Assembly (NCBI GenBank): GCA_963737065.1
Contig: CAVTRC010000001.1
Location: forward strand, 288,001-352,000
Reading direction: 5' to 3'
DNA from: Candidatus Eremiobacteria bacterium
Lineage (GTDB): Bacteria > Vulcanimicrobiota > Vulcanimicrobiia > Vulcanimicrobiales > Vulcanimicrobiaceae
DNA: 64,000 nucleotides
Shown here: positions 59,758 through 64,000 of the stretch, one piece after another
Position numbering within the stretch: position 1 is the stretch's first letter
Layout of the letters: each line of letters starts with the position of its first letter
Position numbers and translations under genes: made by a program
The notes under the pieces: model-generated
What the model saw: only the letters and a program-made list of their open reading frames with translations
Told to the model about the DNA's origin: nothing
Database searches by the model: none

Positions 59758-59842
59758 TATCACCGCCTCTCGTAGTCGCCGGTTGCTATTTTGCGTTTTC
59801 CCTCCAACCGGTGAATCGTTCCTTCCCTCGATGGATGGAGCA

Positions 59843-59871
59843 CAATCCGTCGCGCCGGCATCAACGTTGAT
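59843..59871 (+). promoter_or_regulatory. ECF-type promoter CAATCC-N16-CGTTGAT
   Basis: Ends 5 nt before ATG 59877. Confidence 0.8.
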
Positions 59872-59876
59872 TGCGT

Positions 59877-60071
59877 ATGGATCACGACGAGCGACACCAC
59901 TCGCATGTGCATGCGCATCTTGACGGCACGGTTCATTTTCACCGGCACGAACATGGCGGTTTCGATCACGAACACGAGCACGAGCACGAGCACGGAAACA
60001 ATCGGCAGGCGTTCGTCGGCGTGTCGAAAGCAAACAAAGAACGCGCGGACCCCGGCGCTCGGACATCGTAA
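59877..60071 (+). CDS. His-rich 64-aa putative metal-binding peptide
   Basis: 15 His in the first 39 residues; own promoter motif; TAATG overlap with next gene. Confidence 0.75.
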   Translation: MDHDERHHSHVHAHLDGTVHFHRHEHGGFDHEHEHEHEHGNNRQAFVGVSKANKERADPGARTS

Positions 60072-60403
60072 TGCCGCGCAGAAAAGGCTCTGGCCGACTG
60101 GGACCTGTACGGTCGCTTCGACTACCGCTCGCCTTGGAACGCTGGTTCGGAGCGACTCTTTGCCTGCGGCCCGATCACTCGGCGAGCAGTCTGTTACTTG
60201 AGCTCGTACATGGAGGTCTGCGCCTCGCCCCGGGGTACATGCGGCGACACGCGGCAGCACTGCTCGCGCTTGAACGTGACGGTGCAGCGATCGCACGCGA
60301 AAACTACGCGCGCGCGCTCGGCGATACGTTCGGCGAACGGTATGTTGCACATGTCGAGGCGTGGATTCAAAGCGAGCGCGGCACTATCACCGCGTCGAGG
60401 TAA
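60071..60403 (+). CDS. Hypothetical protein, possible ribbon-helix-helix N-terminus
   Basis: VRSLRLP-helix-S.S.LL.ELV pattern; translationally coupled to His-rich peptide. Confidence 0.65.
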   Translation: MPRRKGSGRLGPVRSLRLPLALERWFGATLCLRPDHSASSLLLELVHGGLRLAPGYMRRHAAALLALERDGAAIARENYARALGDTFGERYVAHVEAWIQSERGTITASR

Positions 60404-60417
60404 ACAACACGCCAAAA

Positions 60418-62703
60418 TTATGGGGTGAAGGAATATTGCACCCGAACCGTACGAGCTTCCGACGGATGGAAATGATAGTCGTTTATACCGGCGCCGCCGA
60501 GTGCGGGATTCACGCCGGCGTTGTGGACGTTCGCGAGGCTGGCGTCTTGCGGCAACCAGGAGGCGTAATAGTACGTAACGTCGTCCGGGTGCGCGTTTAA
60601 GACATTAAAGAGTCCGATCGTCAACCGCCGGCGTCCAGAGAGTTTCGCCGTGTATTCCGCGTTCAGCAGCGTAGACGGGCTGGAGTACGCGTCGCCTTGC
60701 GTATCCAGTGGACGGGGGCCAAAATAGCGCATGCGAACACTGGCCGCATAGTGCGGCTTGTCGACCGTAACGCCGAGCGACGCGACCGCGCTCAGTGATT
60801 CGGGAACAAACGTTCCTCGACCGTCCGGATTCGTGAGGAACCGCGCAGCCGAATCGGCAATGTCCGCGTCGATCACAAGCCATTTCGTCGGGCGATAGTT
60901 GTTGGCAAATTCGATGCCTTTGCGCCGGCTCGGACCGCCCAGAGACGTCGTACCGTGATCGCCATCGAAGATCAGTTCATTCGCCTGAAACAGCTGCCAC
61001 AACGACACCGTGCTGACCAGTTTATCGTTTGTGAAGCGATAGCCGACCTCATCTCCAACCGACCGATTCAGCAGACCGTTCTGAGCGACAGCCGTGCCCG
61101 TATAGTCGAACCGTTCGTGCGTCTGCGGATCGTCGATGTATGTCACGCCGCGCACGTCGTTTGAGTGAAAGCTTTCTCCGAAGTCGAGATACAACTCGTT
61201 TCTTGAGTTGATTGTATAAGCAACGTTCATCTTTGGACTAATGAGACCGGCTGATCCACGACCGCTATTTTTCGGGTCGTACGCGGCATCGCTGTAACCG
61301 TACACGTCGGCTCGGATCCCCGGATCGATTCTCCATTTACTGGAGAGCCGGAGTTTCGACTGGATATAGATATAGGCGGGCCGCTCAACCACGTGATCGT
61401 CACTAAGGGTTCCATCACGAAATCGCTCGCGATCCCTTACAAGAAACAAGCCGACGGTCGGGATGTTGAAGTTTGTGAATCCTGCTCCGAAGGTCGTCGT
61501 GCTACCGGGAGTATCGACGGTCCGGGTAACGTTTAACCCCTCGAAGAAGCGATTGTCGAGCTGTTCCCGCTGGTCGCCGCACTGAAAGTTGTAGGAGACG
61601 GGCGTAAGCGATCCGGGCGCCGCACCCGCCGGCGCCGTATACGCGGGGCAGTACGAAGCGTAGTTCGGTGCTCGTAGTCTGCTTGTCCCATTCGCGACGC
61701 ATGTGGTATATGCGGTGTTACACGTGATGGGGTTGGCGGTTTCGTTGAAGTAATTCGTCGCATCGTAGAAATCGTAGGTGAAGTTCGAGAAAAGGTCGAG
61801 CCGGTACGCGACTGCATAGGCGTCGACCGCAAACGATCCATTGTGTACGTTGCGCGTCCATTGCGTCGAAAGCGTGAAGTAGCTCGTCGTGCCACCGTCG
61901 CTCGCATCGATGTAGCCGAATCGGCTAAGTTCGTCATCGTCGACGAGGCGCTGCGGAATTTGGTCGCTCGAGTCAAACGTGCCGCTATAGGCGCTCGCAG
62001 TGGCCGTGAAGCTGCCACTCGGACGCACCACGCTGTAGCGAAAGACGCCGTCGTATTTATTGTATTCGTCGGGCTTAACGAATGAGCCGTTATCGTGATA
62101 GACCTCGATCGCGTACAGCAGATTGCCCGCACCGCTCGGATGCGACGCCGCGGTGAAAAACCGGTCATATCCGAAGTCGCCGATTCCAACCGACGTCGTG
62201 GCCGCGATCGTGTCGCGATAGTAGACGTTGTAAGAACCAGCCGTAGAGAAGTCGCCTTGATCGGCGTAATACGTTCCTTTTTTGTATTCGACATTGTTTA
62301 CCAGCTCGGGCATCAGCCAATTGATATCCGAGTAGCCCTGGCCGTGAGCGTGCGTCGGCAGGTTGACGGGAATCCCGTTCACCGTGGAGTCGAGATCCGT
62401 TCCGTGATCGAGCTGAAAGCCGCGTAGATAGTATTGATTCGCCTTGCCTTCGCCGCTGTGTTGGCTGACGACGAGTCCCGGGATTTGCTCTAGTATTTCG
62501 CCCGGACGCAAGATCGGACGCGTCGCGATGTCTTGTTGACTGATGAAACCTTCCGAGGCCGCCGTCGCCGTGCCGATCAGGTTCGTGCTGCGGCCGGTCG
62601 TTTTGACGTTGCCGATCAGCTTGAGCGGAGGCGGAGATGGCGAGGGCGTGGGCGACGGTGTGACGATCGCGAGCGTTGCGCTGAAAAGCACGACAAGCAG
62701 CAT
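60418..62703 (-). CDS. TonB-dependent receptor
   Basis: Plug QHSGEGKANQYYLRGFQLDHGTD, HAHGQGYSD, barrel strands, HP.E.RTVR..YSF C-terminus. Confidence 0.93.
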   Translation of the reverse strand: MLLVVLFSATLAIVTPSPTPSPSPPPLKLIGNVKTTGRSTNLIGTATAASEGFISQQDIATRPILRPGEILEQIPGLVVSQHSGEGKANQYYLRGFQLDHGTDLDSTVNGIPVNLPTHAHGQGYSDINWLMPELVNNVEYKKGTYYADQGDFSTAGSYNVYYRDTIAATTSVGIGDFGYDRFFTAASHPSGAGNLLYAIEVYHDNGSFVKPDEYNKYDGVFRYSVVRPSGSFTATASAYSGTFDSSDQIPQRLVDDDELSRFGYIDASDGGTTSYFTLSTQWTRNVHNGSFAVDAYAVAYRLDLFSNFTYDFYDATNYFNETANPITCNTAYTTCVANGTSRLRAPNYASYCPAYTAPAGAAPGSLTPVSYNFQCGDQREQLDNRFFEGLNVTRTVDTPGSTTTFGAGFTNFNIPTVGLFLVRDRERFRDGTLSDDHVVERPAYIYIQSKLRLSSKWRIDPGIRADVYGYSDAAYDPKNSGRGSAGLISPKMNVAYTINSRNELYLDFGESFHSNDVRGVTYIDDPQTHERFDYTGTAVAQNGLLNRSVGDEVGYRFTNDKLVSTVSLWQLFQANELIFDGDHGTTSLGGPSRRKGIEFANNYRPTKWLVIDADIADSAARFLTNPDGRGTFVPESLSAVASLGVTVDKPHYAASVRMRYFGPRPLDTQGDAYSSPSTLLNAEYTAKLSGRRRLTIGLFNVLNAHPDDVTYYYASWLPQDASLANVHNAGVNPALGGAGINDYHFHPSEARTVRVQYSFTP

Positions 62704-62713
62704 GGTTGTGCCG

Positions 62714-62742
62714 ACAACGTTCTTCCGCGCGCATTCAGATTG
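62714..62742 (-). promoter_or_regulatory. ECF-type promoter CAATCT-N17-CGTTGT
   Basis: Ends 10 nt upstream of the TBDR ATG; slightly degenerate copy. Confidence 0.6.
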
Positions 62743-62831
62743 AATTTGCCGTTATTGTCTACGAAATTGCACTGGCAAGCGCCCTGTCGTTGATTTTCGT
62801 CAGCTCGTTACGACGAATTTCGCTGACGTGG

Positions 62832-62860
62832 CAATCCAACCGGCGTCTTTGCTCGTTGAT
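62832..62860 (+). promoter_or_regulatory. ECF-type promoter CAATCC-N16-CGTTGAT
   Basis: Upstream of the Ni/Co transporter gene. Confidence 0.8.
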
Positions 62861-62891
62861 AGCGCATATCGTGACCGGTCGGGGAGGCAGA

Positions 62892-64000
62892 GTGCGTTCG
62901 GGTCTTTGGAGCGGAGTAGTTGCCTGTCTCGTTTTGCTTTTCGCCGCCGGTCAACCGGTCGAGGCGCATCCGCTTGGGAATTTCACGATCAATCGCCTGG
63001 TTGAAGTCCGCGCAACGTCCGGAATGCTGCACGTTCGATACGTGGTCGATCGGGCGGAAATCCCGACCTTTCAGCTCATGCGCGCTTCATCGACCGACGC
63101 AAGCTGGACGCCCGCCCAGCTTCGTGCATGGGCAGATGAACAGCCCGCGCTCATCACCGAAGGGTTGAATGTTCTCGTCGACGGACGGCGCGCGCCGTTG
63201 CGGCCCGCCGGCGATTTTGCGAAACTGCGACCCGGGGCGGGTGGCCTGCCGATCCTCTACTGGTCAGGCGCCTTTACTACGCCGCTCTCCGACGGTCGCC
63301 ATCACATCGTCGTAGAAGATCGCGTGTTCGACGCGAATCGCATTGGGTGGAAAGACGTCGTCATCGCGCCCCAGACTGAGCCGACGCACGAACTGCTTTC
63401 GTATCCACCGGCGCTCATTTCTTCACCGCGCGCCGTGGAATCGGCGTCGTTTGATCTGTCGGCAACCGCCGGCGTCTCGCACATTGTCGATAATGTCGAT
63501 GACAACGGCGAAGGCGCGTCATCGGGTGTCTCAATTGTCAGGTCGAATGCGCTTTCCGACATGTTCGCGAACCCCAACCGCGCGCCGCTCTTTCTGTTAT
63601 TGACGGCGCTTGTCGCGTTTGGGCTCGGCGCACTGCACGCAATTGAACCCGGTCATGGCAAGGCGCTGCTGGCGTTCACGTTGGTTGGATCGCGCGCAAC
63701 CGTTAAACAAGCAGCAATTCTCGCGGCGTCTCTTACGTTCGCTCATACGATCGGCGTGCTCGTGCTCGGCGTCGTGCTCTTCTTCGCCGCCGGGTTCGCA
63801 ACCGAGTCGATCTATTCGTGGATAACGTTGATCTCCGGTATAGCGGTCGCTGTCATCGGCGCGAGAAATCTTTCGCGATATCTTCATGCGCGCGGGATAC
63901 ACGCCCACGGCGACGGCCACGTTCACGCGCATGATGCGCACGATCATCACCATGGTGATGCCGCGCACGCGCATTCGCACGCGATTCCGGGAACGCGGCC
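62892..64000 (+). CDS. RcnA/NicO-family nickel/cobalt transporter with N-terminal periplasmic domain (partial)
   Basis: GGGGAGG SD, GTG 62892; signal peptide then HPLGNFTIN; LGALHAIEPGHGK, AHTIGV, His-rich loop; open to window end and absent from ORF track. Confidence 0.92.
   Translation, partial: MRSGLWSGVVACLVLLFAAGQPVEAHPLGNFTINRLVEVRATSGMLHVRYVVDRAEIPTFQLMRASSTDASWTPAQLRAWADEQPALITEGLNVLVDGRRAPLRPAGDFAKLRPGAGGLPILYWSGAFTTPLSDGRHHIVVEDRVFDANRIGWKDVVIAPQTEPTHELLSYPPALISSPRAVESASFDLSATAGVSHIVDNVDDNGEGASSGVSIVRSNALSDMFANPNRAPLFLLLTALVAFGLGALHAIEPGHGKALLAFTLVGSRATVKQAAILAASLTFAHTIGVLVLGVVLFFAAGFATESIYSWITLISGIAVAVIGARNLSRYLHARGIHAHGDGHVHAHDAHDHHHGDAAHAHSHAIPGTR

Noticed and set aside
59810..59840. 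Sixth ECF promoter copy (minus strand)
   Set aside because: Spacer is only 14 nt and the -10 is CGATT; too degenerate to call.
59760..60350. Minus-strand ORF with VLVLVLVF hydrophobic run
   Set aside because: It is the antisense of the HEHEHE repeat; the plus strand carries the promoter and coupling evidence.
1..64000. CRISPR arrays, rRNA, transposases, prophage genes
   Set aside because: None seen; ASPGAS and PT repeats are low-complexity protein linkers.

Overview
High-GC bacterial chromosome segment from a diderm (it encodes a TonB-dependent receptor). Gene style is suggestive of Ca. Eremiobacterota/Vulcanimicrobiota, but that is inference only. Positions 1-45,100 are mostly housekeeping: Moco synthesis (moaD-moaE-hydrolase-moeB), phoU, fatty-acyl-CoA enzymes, an NRAMP transporter, the panE-GNAT-recG-M16-HAD-rsmD-coaD operon, six tRNAs, pstSCA, thrS and an MFS transporter. 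Positions 45,100-50,600 are accessory: an Xre/RES toxin-antitoxin pair, AraC plus a HAF-repeat lipoprotein, and gene remnants. The most interesting part is 50,700-64,000. A SigK/RskA-like ECF sigma/anti-sigma pair sits beside two divergent DUF4331+TPR modules (one DUF4331 split into two secreted halves, one fused), a His-rich micropeptide, an RHH-like protein, a TonB-dependent receptor and an RcnA/NicO-type Ni/Co transporter. Five of the transcription units there are preceded by the same (CA/AC)ATCY-N16/17-CGTTG motif, defining a candidate ECF regulon for an uncharacterised envelope metal-handling system. Features missed by the ORF track include a CTG-initiated RES toxin, a 23-aa peptide directly upstream of an ATP-grasp-like ligase, a leader-peptide/terminator attenuator, and a short repeat inserted in frame in two genes. 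Several single-base frameshifts suggest residual assembly errors. All family assignments are from motif recognition by eye, not database searches.
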